From positions 33,852,001 to 33,916,000 of the forward strand of contig CM126220.1 of the NCBI GenBank assembly GCA_052327205.1: DNA of 64,000 nt, read 5' to 3'. The position numbers and the translations under genes are program-made. The DNA comes from Somniosus microcephalus. Lineage: Eukaryota. How positions within the stretch are numbered: position 1 is the stretch's first letter; each line of letters begins with the position of its first letter. Of this stretch, positions 13,208-26,439 are shown one piece after another. Below the pieces are notes generated by a model. That model saw only the letters and a list, made by a program, of their open reading frames with translations, did no database searches and was not told the origin of the DNA.

Positions 13208-13405
13208 GATGAAGATGTGCGGGTTAGGTTGATTGGCTATGATAAATTGACCCTTAGGTGTTAGGGGGATTAAATACGTGGGGTTACGGGGATAGGGTGG
13301 GATATGTGTTGGTGTAGGGGTTACGGGGATCGGGTGGAATGTGTGTCGGTGCAGGCTCGATGGGCCGAAATGGCCTCTATCTGCACTGTGGGGTTTCTGT
13401 GTGAT
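13208..13405 (+). mobile_element. HE1-like SINE 3' half
   Basis: GATGTGCGGGTTAGGTTGATTGGC...GGTGCAGGCTCGATGGGCCGAAATGGCCTC CR1-shared tail; internal short duplication. Confidence 0.6.
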
Positions 13406-13966
13406 CTGTGAATAAAGACCAAGATCCATCTAGTGCGCCTTCCACCATTCTGCTGTCGCATGATACAATGATGGAGTTGCTGACTAATCAGAGCATTCAA
13501 TCTCTAACAGACATGGGGAGAAAAACCCCAGTGGTGGGGAGCTTTGGGAACCATAGGACCAAAGTCACCTGTTCCCCACAAGCATGATGCTCTTACCACA
13601 TCATGTCCCAAAATTACTCATTTTATGGAAAAAAAACAATTTGGCTGCCGTGTTTGTTACGTTGTATAACAGAGCAATGTCCATTATCTAGAATGCCTGA
13701 TATTAGATATATTAAATATTGATTTAAGATGTTAGTGACATGAGTATATTTTCCTATGTTTTCTAATTATAGCAGAAAAGTGACACTTATAAAACGGTTT
13801 TCCCTGCTTTATACTCAAGTCTACCTTTTCGCTAAAAATAATGAACATTTCATGGCGTGTTGGTTAACCTATTCAAATAATTACGATGATTCCCTATAAA
13901 GAGAGTCCCTGATTGTCAGCAGGACACAAGGGAATGAAGACAAATCAATCAGCTCAAATCACTTGT

Positions 13967-14058
13967 CTTGACAAAGGGTTTTCACTGGAAACGTTGACTA
14001 TTTTCTCTCCACGGATGTTGCCTGGCCTGCTGAGTTTTTCCAGCATTTTCTGTTATTT
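13967..14058 (+). mobile_element. Short Penelope-like tail with 16-bp target duplication
   Basis: AGCTCAAATCACTTGT (13951-13966) / AGCACAAATCACTTGT (14059-14074); degenerate hammerhead motif at the start. Confidence 0.8.
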
Positions 14059-15615
14059 AGCACAAATCACTTGTTTAGTCCCCATTGTTCTACATACATC
14101 AAGGTGCATATTTAATTGAAACTTACAGCTACAAATTCTACTTGGCCTCAGTAAGGTAAAATTTGACTTGACCAACGACTAATTTTTGGCAGAGATCTTG
14201 TAATGAATTTGTTGGATATTAAAAGTTCAAAACAAAACACAAGGTTAAAAAAGAATCTGAAACAAATTAAGACAAAGACTATGGATGCAATAATACTGAT
14301 ACTTTAGTGTCATTGAGCAGAGACCATAAAAGTGACACTGGAGTAAGGTCCTGATCCAAAGTAGTGTGTGTGTGGCCCAGGGGGGGGTTACTGAGGGTGA
14401 GATGAAGCATTGACTGATTTCATTTGGTTCCGCTCAGCTCCTCCAGTGTCCCATTGCTGGCCATAACGCATTCTATTTCTAAGACTTACATTGGCCCGTA
14501 TCTCTCCTCTTCACCTGGTTTTGCTGGCTCATACTGTGGTATGGTTCTGCCGCTTGAACCCACCGTCCAGAAACCGGTCAAACACCCTGTACCAGCCCAT
14601 CTCAGCTCAACACTGCACGGGGTAAAGCTCTGTTGGACCTCCTGGAGACTTTATAAACTTAGATAGAATTTACTTAAATGTTTTTTAGCCTCCACGCAAT
14701 ACAGTTAAAATGTACCAACCAGAATATGCAAAGCTTTTTCCTGGCCTCTTAATAGTTGGCTGTGAATGCAAGTGAATATCAATAAGGTACTGCTGGCTGT
14801 GACCAGTATTGAGGCTACTCATCTGGTAGTTATAGTATAACTGCAGCCTATTGGTCTAGTTATTTTGCTTAGCTGCACAGCAGACTTTAAACTTCTAAAT
14901 GGTGGGTCAACGTGCCACCTTTATATACTGTAGTTTTTAAAAAAAAGACAATTTTCCAACATTAGAAATTTGAACAGCACTGGAGGCCAGTAAGCACTCT
15001 GTGCAAGCATTTGACTGCATGCTTGGAACGCTCTTTTCCCCTCATTTAATATTATTAAGGTGGCAGTATACAAGTATAATCGCTCCTAAAAATGCATCAC
15101 ATTTTGCATCAGTAACTGCAACACAACTGATGTTATATTGTTAACCATGCAAATTTTGCTGCATGCTTGCATCCATCTTGCAAATTGGTTGAACTTTATA
15201 TCATTCTACTCTCCTATTCTTGTTGTGGTCATTATTAAACAAAGTTACCTAAATGTTGCTCCGCTTCTATGTTAATTTAGCAGACAAAGGGAGGTGCACA
15301 ATAAAGTGTCAGATTACGGCGTCGCAAACTTCTCAATGTTTATTTGAACCTTGGGATAAAAAGCCTTGGCAGCATTTCAAATTTAGCCCTGGCAAGTGCA
15401 AACTGTAAGCATTCAGCAAAAAACAAAAATAAATCAACATTTTTCTTCCTGTGCAGTTGTTTCTATAGCATTTGTGTATGTGGAAAAATACCAGACTTCC
15501 ATTAGGATATCACAGCATAATGATCAAATGGACTCGCCAGACAGCTTCATCAAGTCCTTTGGTTTAAATGAGAAAAATAATTTGAAATGTATTCTTTTGT
15601 TGTTGAAAACACTAT

Positions 15616-16220
15616 GGCCCAGAATTTGCGACCGGAGGCTTCCCGCAGGGCAACGCTGCTGATCCGCAAATAAAATGCCCGCGTACCTGGTGGTCCGGGA
15701 GGTGTGGAGCCTCGCGGTCCTGGGCCTCTCCGGGTAGAGGCCCACGTAGCCCAGGGGCACAGGCAGTTCATAGGAATCAATGGGAATACCCCCAAAAATA
15801 CATCTACACGTCAATTTAAAAAATTACAATTAAAATGCCAATTAAATATTTTAAACAAAATTTTAATTTTGAAAAATAAATTTAAATGTTTTAAAGGGGC
15901 TAAAAATACTTACACCTTATTGTACAGGTTTTTAATGTGCAAGTGATTTTTTTTTTCTTATGCTGGTAAAAGCAGGCCTTACGTCTGCTTTTACCAGGCG
16001 TAAGAATTTCACGGGCATTCGCTGGGTAAATAGCCCAACTTTCCGCCACGGTTGCCCTTTTCCCGGGGATGCGTTGGATCTGTCAAGAAAATTCTGGACA
16101 AATCGCACGTTTCGGGTTTTCACGCAAGTGCTTCGCACGCGAAAACCCGGAACTTGCGCAGCACTTAATGGCCATCTACACACCTCGTCCGCGCCAGTAG
16201 GGGGTCGCAAAATACGGGCC
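15616..16220. mobile_element. Harbinger-type MITE
   Basis: TIRs GGCCCAGAATTTGCGACC / GGTCGCAAAATACGGGCC; flanks TAT/AAT; GC-rich arms, AT-rich core. Confidence 0.78.
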
Positions 16221-16339
16221 AATGTAAGTCTTAGAAATAGAATGCGTTATGGCCAGCAATGGGACACTGGAGGAGCTGAGCTGAACCAAATGAAATCAGT
16301 CAAGGTTCCCATGCCTGATCATTAACCAGCGATTGTACT

Positions 16340-16510
16340 GAACATAATAGGAGCAGGAGTAGGCCATACAGCCACTCAAGCCTGCTCCACCATTCAAAAA
16401 GATCACAGCTGAACTTCTACATCAACTCCACTTTCTCGCCCTATCCCCAAAAATCTATTGATCTTCGTCTGGAATATACTCATCAACTGAGCATCCACAG
16501 CCTTCTGGGG
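16340..16510 (-). mobile_element. CR1 3' end fragment
   Basis: AACATAATAGGAGCAGGAGTAGGCCA...CCTGCTCCACCATTCAA is the reverse complement of the CR1 tail. Confidence 0.75.
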
Positions 16511-17927
16511 TCCCCCCCCCCTCCAAACCCCATTCCCCTCTTCCTGACACCCATTTCCCCGCTCTCTCTCTCTCCTCACCCCATTTTCCCTCTTTCTCTG
16601 ACCCCCATTGCCCCTTTCTTCCCCCCCCCCCCCAATCCCATTCTTCCCACCAACTGAAGAGTCTCTGTGCGGGTGAACAGGATCAGTGCCTGTCTCATCC
16701 CCTTAATTGATGAAATAGCCTGCCGACGTTCACTCTTTAGCCTCACTTAAAGAATGGGCATTCTACTGGGCTACTCATAAGCGAGGTGGAGTTGAAGGCT
16801 GCTGTTCAATCCATGAAACATACCCTAGGAAGAGTCAGCACTTTGAGAGAAAGTGGTTATGAAGAAGAAAGTCGGATTCCCGCAATATGCTAAACATTGT
16901 TTGCAACAGGGTGCCACCTCCCAAAATAGTGGGATCCAGGAGGCTCAGGAAAATAGGCAAGTAAAAAGCTTTGCTCTGCATTGGCTACAGGCACTGTATC
17001 TGGAGTGAAGCCAAAGTGGAGTGGGACAACCTCCTGGGGTGATCTCACATTTCTTGCACGTTAGATGACTTCAAGACCTTAATGACGCCACAATTTGGGT
17101 TGATGCAAAGCACAAACTGCATAGCATAACTGAACTAGAAGTCTTTACAGTTTAAATGGTGATTTATACAATTGTTCCCTAAATTATTCAGTAGGTGTCT
17201 AGATTCCAAAGACAAAACTATCTATTTGAAAAATCCCTATAGAAAAGGTGTAGTACAGATGAGAAGCAAGAATTTTAAATTTCCAGCGTTTAGTCTGATC
17301 AACCTTTAGAGTAATCCATCTGAAACATCACTTTAACGAGCCTCGGCTTCCTGTATGGGTAGAGGGCAATCCTGTGCGAATTACCAGGAATTTCTGAGAA
17401 CTAAATGACTTGCATACCACCTCAATCTGTAAGGCAAATCCTCATTGGTGCGCTAACTATTCAAAATGATTCCTATGCAATGAGACTGGGTGCGTCCATC
17501 ATTTAATGATGCACAAAATGCTCAATATTTTCAGTTCATTCTCTTCCTGTTACAAATTATGATTGAAAATGCAGTACTTCATCAGATTCATTTACCTCAG
17601 ATCCAGACAGGAGTGTGTCCATATAGACATACAAGAGATTATATGGTGGCTGTGCTTTAATCTGCAAATTTTATTTTCTGTGGTGGCTGTGTTAGGGTCA
17701 ATTATTAACCCTTTCATTCTTTGAAATTGTACGAGGACAAAATGGATATTGAGAGTTCAATATTAAGTAACATACTGAGTAGAGTAAAAGGAACCAGAAA
17801 CTCCCATACATAGTTACAGGAACTGGCCCACTCGCCTCAAACATTGGGGTGACTGGCAATCCTGCACATTTTCAGTTTTAATTTAACTTCCGAAAATAAA
17901 CTCTGGAATTCTCCCCCCCCCCCCCCA

Positions 17928-18192
17928 CCCTCTGGTTACCGACCCTTCTGCCAGTGGAAACAGTTTCACCTTATTTATTCTATCAAAACCCTTTATAATT
18001 TTGAAGACCTCTATTAAATCTCTCCTTAACCTTCTCTGCTCCAAAGAGAACAATCCCAGCTTCTCTAGTCTCTCCATGTAACTGAAGTCCCTCATCCCTG
18101 GCACCATTCCAGTAAGTCTCCTCTGCATCCTCTCCAAGGCCTTGACATCCTTCCTAAAGTGCAGTGCCCAGAATTGGACACAGTACTCTAGC
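17928..18192 (-). mobile_element. CR1 ORF2 fragment
   Basis: [25 protein letters not shown]...LGLFSLEQRRLRRDLIEVFKII. Confidence 0.85.
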
Positions 18193-20660
18193 TTCAAAAC
18201 TTTTTCATGTTTGTTTCACACCAGTTATCCTACATTTGCCAAAATGGATTCATGCTGCTTGCCATATTTAATGCACTTTCAGATTAACTTCACACCCTAG
18301 CAATACTGTAGTTGTGTTCACTAATGCAAAAACTGCAGTATAACCAGGCATATGAATAGGCTATTATCTTGGAGACATCAGTTCGCGACATGGCACGATA
18401 CTGGAACCAAACTCCAGCACTCCCATCAATAAATGTGCAAATCCAATAAGCAAAACACCTGCAAATTCCTGGTTATTCAAACTCCTATCACATTTCATTT
18501 GGTTGCTCAGTGGACCAAAGCAGATAGTCCTTCATGGTTAGTTACATCAAGTCTGTAAAATTTGGGATTGGTTTTGTGATAATATTTTTAATATGATTGG
18601 ATAACAAAATTAAATGCATTTACATGTATTTTTTGGCATATTCATAATTTATTTCTCAACTGCGGGTCTGCCATGTGCAGAACCTCATCACTACATGTAA
18701 AGTTCACCAATCCACCAAGATATCTGCACATGTAGAATGTTTTCACCCAATAGAGTGCACAGTCTCTCTCCATAGGGGCACAACACCCCACTGACCCAAG
18801 TCCAAGGAGCCAATGCTTATTGAACCCACCCTCAAAAGCAGATACACAGGTATTGCTGGAGTTCAACCAGCTGGAACCAGGTAGCTTATTAGAATATGAT
18901 AAACTTACCATTGCTTGACCAGCTAGGACTACCTTACCAGTTAGGGCATTGGTTTACCGGGTTATCTGGGTTTGAGCAGGTGGAATCCCAGCCCCCAGAG
19001 ACAGGTCTACTTCTCTAGGTTCCATTAACAAGCCAGGCTGGCTGGTCAATCATTACCAGTACCCTGGAATAATGTGGTCCTGCTTGTTCAGGCATTAAAT
19101 TACTAACGCTGCCACAGAGGACTGACTTTGCCTCAAAATTTTCATCTCGAAGCCACCTCAACTTGAAAGAAAGCTCACTTACCATTCTCCTCCCCTCCAA
19201 AGGTAGTCACTAATTGATCATTAGACAAGTGGCAAGTGCTGGTTTGAGCCCTTGTTAAATGGCTAGCCGGTACCAGGAGTTCTTGACAGCTCCACATTCA
19301 CAATGGAGTATTTTAAATGTCTCATTATGACAAGTTTTCTTTAAAACTTGGATAAAAATAGTACAAGGTAAAATTATTTGGAGTGAGTCACAAGGCTGTT
19401 AAACAGAAAAGTGGTTCAAAGGATGTAAACCAGAAAGGTGAAATTTTGGGCTGTTTATGAACGTCTCCATTACAAAAGTGACCACAGTTCAAAAAGCACT
19501 TCATTGGCACTTTGGGATTCTTGGTTGTGAAGGTGCTATTATAAAACACAAGTTCTTCCTTCGGTCACCTAAGGCCGGAGATTTGTCACTACCTTTAAAC
19601 ACAGTCCTGTGCATTTGCTATTATTGTTCAACATATATGTTAAGAGTTGCTCAGTATAGGTTTGAGAAAATGTTTGGAATGATATAGTGAACAACAGGTA
19701 AGAAAGCATCAACTTAATCCTGTGTCGTGGGCTTCAATTATAAAGGCCACTTTCACACAGATGCAGAGGTGGTTTCATCAGGTGCTGATTAACAAGCCAG
19801 GCTGGCTGGTCAATCATTACCAGTACCCTGGAATAATGTGGTCCTGCTTGTTCAGGCATGAAATTACTAACTCTGCCACAGAGGACTGACTTTGCCTCAA
19901 AATTTTCTCTCGAAGCCACCTCAACCTGAAAGCATCATTCTAAAGTCAGGTCCTGATCAGTCGCTGGAATCCACGAAAGGAAAGCAGTGGGAGATGGCCT
20001 CAAGGGGCTCTCCCATTGCTTGAGCTTGGCACTGTGTGGTGTCGAACTGCAGTCCACTGTGAAACCAGGATTTAAAAATTGCTTAGAATATAACTGCAGA
20101 AGGGCGTGCCTATGTTCTCCCATTAAACAAACAGCTGCAGGGAGAGTGAAGCTTTATGCACAGAGCTTAGTGGGTAGAGTGCAATTTGCCACAATAGAAC
20201 GCTGATCTTGCTGGATACTGGCCTCAGCGTCCTATAACTGGAGTCCAAGAAATAATCACCAACACTGATGAAATTAAATATACATGTTGTCTTAAACTAA
20301 AAATTATACACGAATACAGGGTTTAAATATATGCACATTAGAAATCAAATATACATGTTGTCTGGCTCAAGCTAAAATATATGCACATTATAAAATGGAC
20401 AGGAACAGCAGAATTCCAGTGATGTCGGTAGGTCATGCACAGTACAATGTCAGTCTTGTGTTAGATGTATATATTGAAACTGGAAGCACTTTATGCATAA
20501 TCTTAAAGGAGACAGATTTTACAATGAAATATCGATATCAACCAAAATGTCAATGCGGTGCTACTGGGTGAACTCTGAACACTTTATAAAACACCAACAC
20601 AAAAAATGCAGCGGAATGGCTGTGCAGGACTTGCTCTGGTCTGGAATGAGCATTACTTAC

Positions 20661-21272
20661 CATGGCGTCCAGATTTTTGAAGTCGCACAGCTTCCTCTGG
20701 GCTCTAGGGCGGAAAGCCTCCTGGTCGGGCGGTTCTGCCATCGCGTCGCGGATTTCTTCGTCGATCTCCTCCTCCAGCTGGATCAGCATGGGGGCCAGCA
20801 TGCCGAACTTGGAGCCGCGCCTGGCCACTTCCAGCAGGCACAGCACAAAGTTCTTCTCGTTCTTGCGGAGGACCAGGTCGTCGGTCTCGAACATCAGGGC
20901 GTCGCGGATGCCCAGGTCGTGGCGGCACCAGTCGATGAAGTTGGACACGTTGTCCCTGGCGATGAAGGAGCCGGGCGAGACGTGCTTGGAGGCGAAGGTG
21001 ACCTCGCCGCGGGGGATCCTCACCCTGCCGGCCGCCTCGGGAGAACTCTGCTCGAACTCCAGGGCACTCTGGTTGACGTTGTTGGCGTGTTGGCACAGGG
21101 CACATCCCGTCTCTAGCGCTTCCATAAAAATGTCGACGTGGACATCCAGATCGTACAGAGCGTTGAGCCACTCGGCCAAGTCCTCCTTCATGGCGTACAG
21201 ATACTCCTCGCTGGACTTGAAGGGGCGAATGCTCTTACTAGCAGCCGACTGGATGTTGCTTTGATCCGCCAT
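20661..21272 (-). CDS. GAS2L1: GAS2-like protein 1, first coding exon (calponin-homology domain); later exons not found in the window
   Basis: [36 protein letters not shown]...[14 protein letters not shown]...[28 protein letters not shown]...; GCCATGG start context; ends GCCATG|GTAAGT (204 codons, phase 0); adjacency to EWSR1 favours GAS2L1 over GAS2L2. Confidence 0.93.
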
Positions 21273-21379
21273 GTTTCTCCCAATTGCTGACCAGTCCCTT
21301 CCCCTTTTAATTCCTCTCCTCCCACTTTAAATTCCTGCCCCGGTCAGTTTCAGGTAGAGACCTGGTGAATTGCTGCTCA

Positions 21380-21720
21380 GTCGAATTCCATCCCACACGC
21401 GTGACTCTCTCTCCGCCTCTGTCAGTCCCCAATAACCTGGCTCAGTGCACACTGCTCACTCTGCAAACTCGTCCCGTCCGCCTGTCTCATCAAATATGCA
21501 CCCGAGGCACAAACGGCCGGGACAAGCCCGTATTTACTTTTTGGTGAGCTGCCTGTAACTCACGCCCGCCCGTATTACTCCTGCCTGTGCCTATCGAGTG
21601 GAGATTACAAGCTTCCGGTTGCCACTTTTTCCCCCCTCCCTTCCAGCTGAAGGCTCTGTTTATATCCTGACCACTTTAACTCCATGGAAACATGTTTCTT
21701 CCCCCCGCCCAATACGCACA
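21380..21720 (-). promoter_or_regulatory. CpG-enriched putative promoter / 5'UTR of GAS2L1
   Basis: GC boxes (CCGCCC at ~21567 and ~21705), ETS-like CTTCCGG at ~21612, CpG enrichment continuous with the exon. Confidence 0.4.
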
Positions 21721-22377
21721 GGGCTCTTTAGTGTCTAACTGGGAATGTTTGCAGAAGTTAACAGTCAGCAAACACCAGCCGTGGTATCATGGCACGCTTT
21801 AAATTAAGTTAATCTAAGTCCCCATTAGAAAGTCATCCTTTGTTTTCTAAGGAGTTACACGTACATACTTTGGCTCTGCAGTCTGCAATGATGTAATTCA
21901 CTGACCCTGTGTCAGTGACAGATTGGTTCGCAAATCATTTGCAAAAGTCCCATTACCTCACCGACTTGCCGGGAACAGTAAGTAACACGGCTGCAGTCTC
22001 TGCCAACATTTTTATAGGAGCTTTCGGAGTATAACCTGGCACCGCGAGGACGGCGCTTTATTTTATGTGTGTCCATTATCAAGTTGAATTCAAACAGCAG
22101 ATCATTTTACAAAGGAGATAGAAACTTGGAAAAGTGGTGAGTGGGGATTGCAAATACTGGAAATATACAGCAGGCCAGTCAGTATTGGAGAGAGTCAGTA
22201 CAGGTGGAGCCCTCCATTTCAGATGCACGCTGTGTATTTCCAGCAATTTTCTATTTTAATATTATATAACTTTATAACACCCGTTAATAGGTTACCTAGT
22301 ACAGGAAGGGATATGGATTCCTTGTACGTTCAGGGTAAGGGGCGTTATGTCACTAAGCAGAGTGGTATATGGTGGAC

Positions 22378-22878
22378 AGGATGTTCTTGCCATGGAGGGA
22401 GTGCAGAGAAGATTCACCAGGGATGGCAGGAATGACGTATGAGGAGAGATTGGGTCATTCGGCTTATATTCGCTGGAGTTTAGAAGAATGAGAGGGGATC
22501 TCATTGAAACTTATAAAAATTCTAACAGGACTAGACAGACTAGATGCAGGAAGGATGTTTCCGATGGTCGGGGAGTCCAGAACCAGGGGTCACAGTCTAA
22601 GGATAAGGGGTAAGCCATTTAGGACAGAGATGAGGAGGAATTTCTTCACCCAGAGAGTGGTGAACCTGTGGAATTCTCTACCACAGAAGGCAGTTGAGGC
22701 CAATTCATTAAATATATTCAAGAAGGAGTTAGATATTTCTTAAGGCTAAAGGGATCAAGGGATATGGGGAGAAAGCAGGGACAGGGTACTGAAATTGGAT
22801 GATCAGCCATGATCTCATTGAATGGCGGAGCAGGCTCGAGGGGCCGAATGGCCTACTCCTATCTTCTATGTTTCTATG
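22378..22878 (+). mobile_element. CR1 3' fragment
   Basis: [28 protein letters not shown]...; tail TTCTATGTTTCTATG. Confidence 0.9.
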
Positions 22879-24419
22879 ACAGACAACAGACAAAGCCCAT
22901 CTTCCGAAAGAAGGCTAAAACTATGAAGAAGATTGTGCTGAGGCCTGAGTGCGTAGAACCAGCTGTAGGTCCAAGAAATGTTGGCCAATAAGAGGCGCAA
23001 GAGCATTGAAAGGGCCAAATCATCAGTTCTAAACTGTGTGGAATACAGATTCACAATATAAGTTATTAAAATCTAAATAAAACTATATTCAAAAAGAACG
23101 ACGTATTTTCAAATACATGTTTAATTACCATTAGATCTTCACACTAGTTTGAGATTTTGTTGGACTTATAGTTAAATAAAACAATATAGTTGCAAATTGA
23201 TTCACTATGCTTTACCGGGCATATCCAGTCATTAGTTCATAACATATGCCAATTTCAATAATGTAATTATTTTGCTTTCATATTTTTCTTGAAATAATTG
23301 AATACAGGGCCGACCCCTCTTTGGTCGAGGTGGGAAACGCAGTTTAATGAATTGATTCGCAGGGCAGGAGCAAACTCACAATTCTGAAGCAGTGTTGACG
23401 GTGGCAAAATGCAGGGTGTAACTGCAGTCCCCGATTAGACAGACGATCAAGGCAGCCAACTGCTGGAGCACAGAGAGCGGGAAGGTCCCCAGTCTGTGCC
23501 GAGTTAGCATATGTCAGCTGGGAGTGTGGTGGGGCACCCATAAAGAATGGCGACTTCGGCAGATCCCATAGGGCGCCTGTCCAACCTTCTGCAGCAGGGA
23601 GTCTATTCCTTCAGGAGAGAAGTAGGTGGTGAAAAAAGTGTGTGTGTGGCTCAGTTCGGTGGTAGCCTCACATCATTTCAATTTCACACGGGCCGGCCAC
23701 AGCAACTGTTACAAACCATTTCAACATTAGCTCCCACGCGACGCGTTTAGCGTTAATGAAGAATCAACTGTCCCACTAGCCCTTTAACAACAAAGTTCAA
23801 CACAACTGGGAACTCAGTTACCAGGGCTTCGCATACCCGGTGCTCTACTCGTCACCAGTTTGAGAGTGGTCTCGTGTATGTTGGTGCTGCCTGCTCACGC
23901 CTCTCTAAAAGTAGCAACTAGTATACCGAGTATAAACTAACCGAGGCTAGGTCAGTGCAAAATACTGTTTCGGCAAATGGGTAATACAGCTGGAAGTCCG
24001 GTTGTCCTTTTGTATAGTGCAAAGTTTTCACAGTAACGCGCATTAACTGCAAACAATTGTGCCATCTAGTGTTCTTTTAGTGTTCTGCAGTTCCCCTTCC
24101 AAGTACAACCACTGACAATTCTGTTAGATGCTGGGCATTTTTTTCTATATTTAGACAGATAATGAGTCAGCAAAAATCGATCAGGACGCTTTTATTCAGC
24201 TCGTCGATTTCTGCTACCACATCCGTTCTTTATATAAAAAGTGTCTCTTCCAGTAACACGATCCTGCCAAATGACTAGGCAAGTGCAGACATTGTAAATT
24301 AATTACTTTTAATGTTTCAAAGAGACTTTTGGGGTCAACCTATGATATTCACTATTCCCAGACCCCGAGGACAGATACCAGAAACTACAAACTGTTCGTA
24401 CACCACCAATTATTTAAGC

Positions 24420-24622
24420 AGCAGGCTAATGGAATGATGGCCTATATCTCAAAGGGATTGGAATTCAAAACTGAGGCATTGATGCTTCAATTGTACCGAG
24501 TTTTGTCAGGCCCCATCTGGAGCACTGCGTTCAAGTCTGGGTACCTAATGATATCAGGGCATAAAGGGTTAAATTATGAGGATAGGTCGCATAAATTTGG
24601 CTTGTATTCCCTTGAGTTTAGA
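24420..24622 (+). mobile_element. CR1 ORF2 fragment
   Basis: ANGMMAYISKGLEFK...LQLYRVL...GLYSLEFR. Confidence 0.75.
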
Positions 24623-24976
24623 ACTGGGTCGTTAAGCATATGGTCAGCGATGCAGATGAATCCGGCCTGCGGTATACCTGCGCTTAGTATTGCAATGTGT
24701 CACGAAATGGGACATGGATCTCCCGGGCACTGCTTCTCACAGCCTGGAAGAACTGCAGCTTTTAAACTTTTAAATCATAGCGGCGCCCCCCTCCCCGCCA
24801 GCTCCGCGATGCCACCCCGACCCCGCAGGCACAGAGAGCCAGACCCACTTATGAGTGCGTTAAAGGTGAAAGGGAAGAAGAGAGGGAGCCTGGAGAGGTC
24901 CGGGGCTGGGGAAACTCGGATTTGGGGGAGTGATCAGGAGAATGAGATTGGGACTCAGGGGGTGGGGCAGTCGGGA

Positions 24977-25173
24977 GATTGGGACTGGGGGAAGTCGACA
25001 GATTGGGACTGGGGGAAGTCGACAGATTGGGACTGGGGGAAGTCGACAGATTGGGACTGGGGAAGTCGAGAGATTGGGACTGGGGGAAGTCGAGAGATTG
25101 GGACTGGGGGAAGTCGAGAGATTGGGACTGGGGGAAGTCGACAGATTGGGACTGGGGGAAGTCGACAGATTGG
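24977..25173. repeat. G-rich minisatellite, 24-bp unit x 8
   Basis: GATTGGGACTGGGGGAAGTCGA(C/G)A; one copy is 23 bp. Confidence 0.95.
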
Positions 25174-26439
25174 AAGGGGGTGGGGGAGAAAGCGAGAGGG
25201 TGATAGGATTGGCAGTCAGGGAGGGGGTGATGGCGACTGGGGTTGGGGTGCTCGGGAGAGAAAGGGAGACTGGCATATAGTAGTCAGGAGATGGCTTGAG
25301 GGCAGTCAGTGACTGAGAAATGGGGGCTTGGGGGAAGAGAGTCTAGGGAAATGCAGTTCAGAGATGTGGGCTTGGGGGAGGTAGGCAGACTGTGGAATGG
25401 GGTCAGTAGATTGGGGCTCGGGCGGGGGCAGAAGTGAAGATTAGGGACTGGGGTCGAGGTGATTGGGGCTTGGGCAGGGGAGGAGGAGAATAATGGGGTA
25501 GGTGGGGTGGAGTTGGGGCCCAGCATCTTCCATAGAGCCAGGAGCAGCAGCAGCAAGGTGGTGAGTGGGAGCAGCGCCGAGAGAGGACCCGCCGGTAAAG
25601 GGGGTGAGTGAAACCTAGGAAATGGCAAAACGCATACCAATTTCTAACCTAGTGTGTCCAAATAACTTTTGCTGAGTGTGGCCCACGCCAGGATGCCGGA
25701 TCAGGCCCACCATGTAAATTGGGTTTGACACCCCAGGTCTAACAGGTATCCTTGGGTCGGCCACAAAGTATTGAAACTGAAAGAGCAGAATTCCCATTTG
25801 TGACCCATTGGATTGGGATTCAAACACTCCATCTAATAATAAGTCTTAATTTGTCAAACATGCTATACATGTATTACACAAGGCCCCTTGTCAATTTAAC
25901 ACACCACAATACCACCAGCACACAGCAAGCCACTGCTGAACAAAAAAAATAACATTCAGGCTAGGCTTACACTTTTAAGGGGGGGAAGGCGGGGTGGGGG
26001 CAGGGCTAATGTTAAATGGTAGAGCGATGGTCAATTTTGAAAAATGAGGCCAAAGGACATACATTTTAATTAAAGAAAACCTAAAACAATTTTTTGTCTA
26101 GATTAGCATCTCTGATCCAGGGTCAGTCGCATCCTTGACAGTTTTGGGTGGGTGGCCCAGACAGTTGGTCACATTGTGACTCCTTGGAACAGTTGGCGTC
26201 ATCAACCAGAGCACTCATGGAATGCAGTGCTCACCTACCTCCAAAGTGGAGAAGGCACTTACAAAGAGAGAGGCATTTAAAACAGATACATTAGGAAGAA
26301 CTTCTTTACTCAGATAAAGATTTGGAATAAGTAGCAGAAACAAAAGTATTAGGAATGTTCCAAATGCAGTTGGATGCTTTATTGAGAGATGTAGGTGTAA
26401 AAATGCTGTGGCGGTAAATCTGTAATCCGTGTGAGGAGT

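Noticed and set aside
20493-21264. Long + strand ORFs overlapping GAS2L1
   Set aside because: Antisense shadow frames of a GC3-rich coding exon
6291-25173. Regularly spaced repeats as CRISPR-like arrays
   Set aside because: Units are contiguous with no unique spacers, in a eukaryotic context
24329-25312. 327-aa ORF
   Set aside because: Chance fusion of a CR1 fragment, GC-rich repeat sequence and the 24-bp minisatellite; no coherent domain
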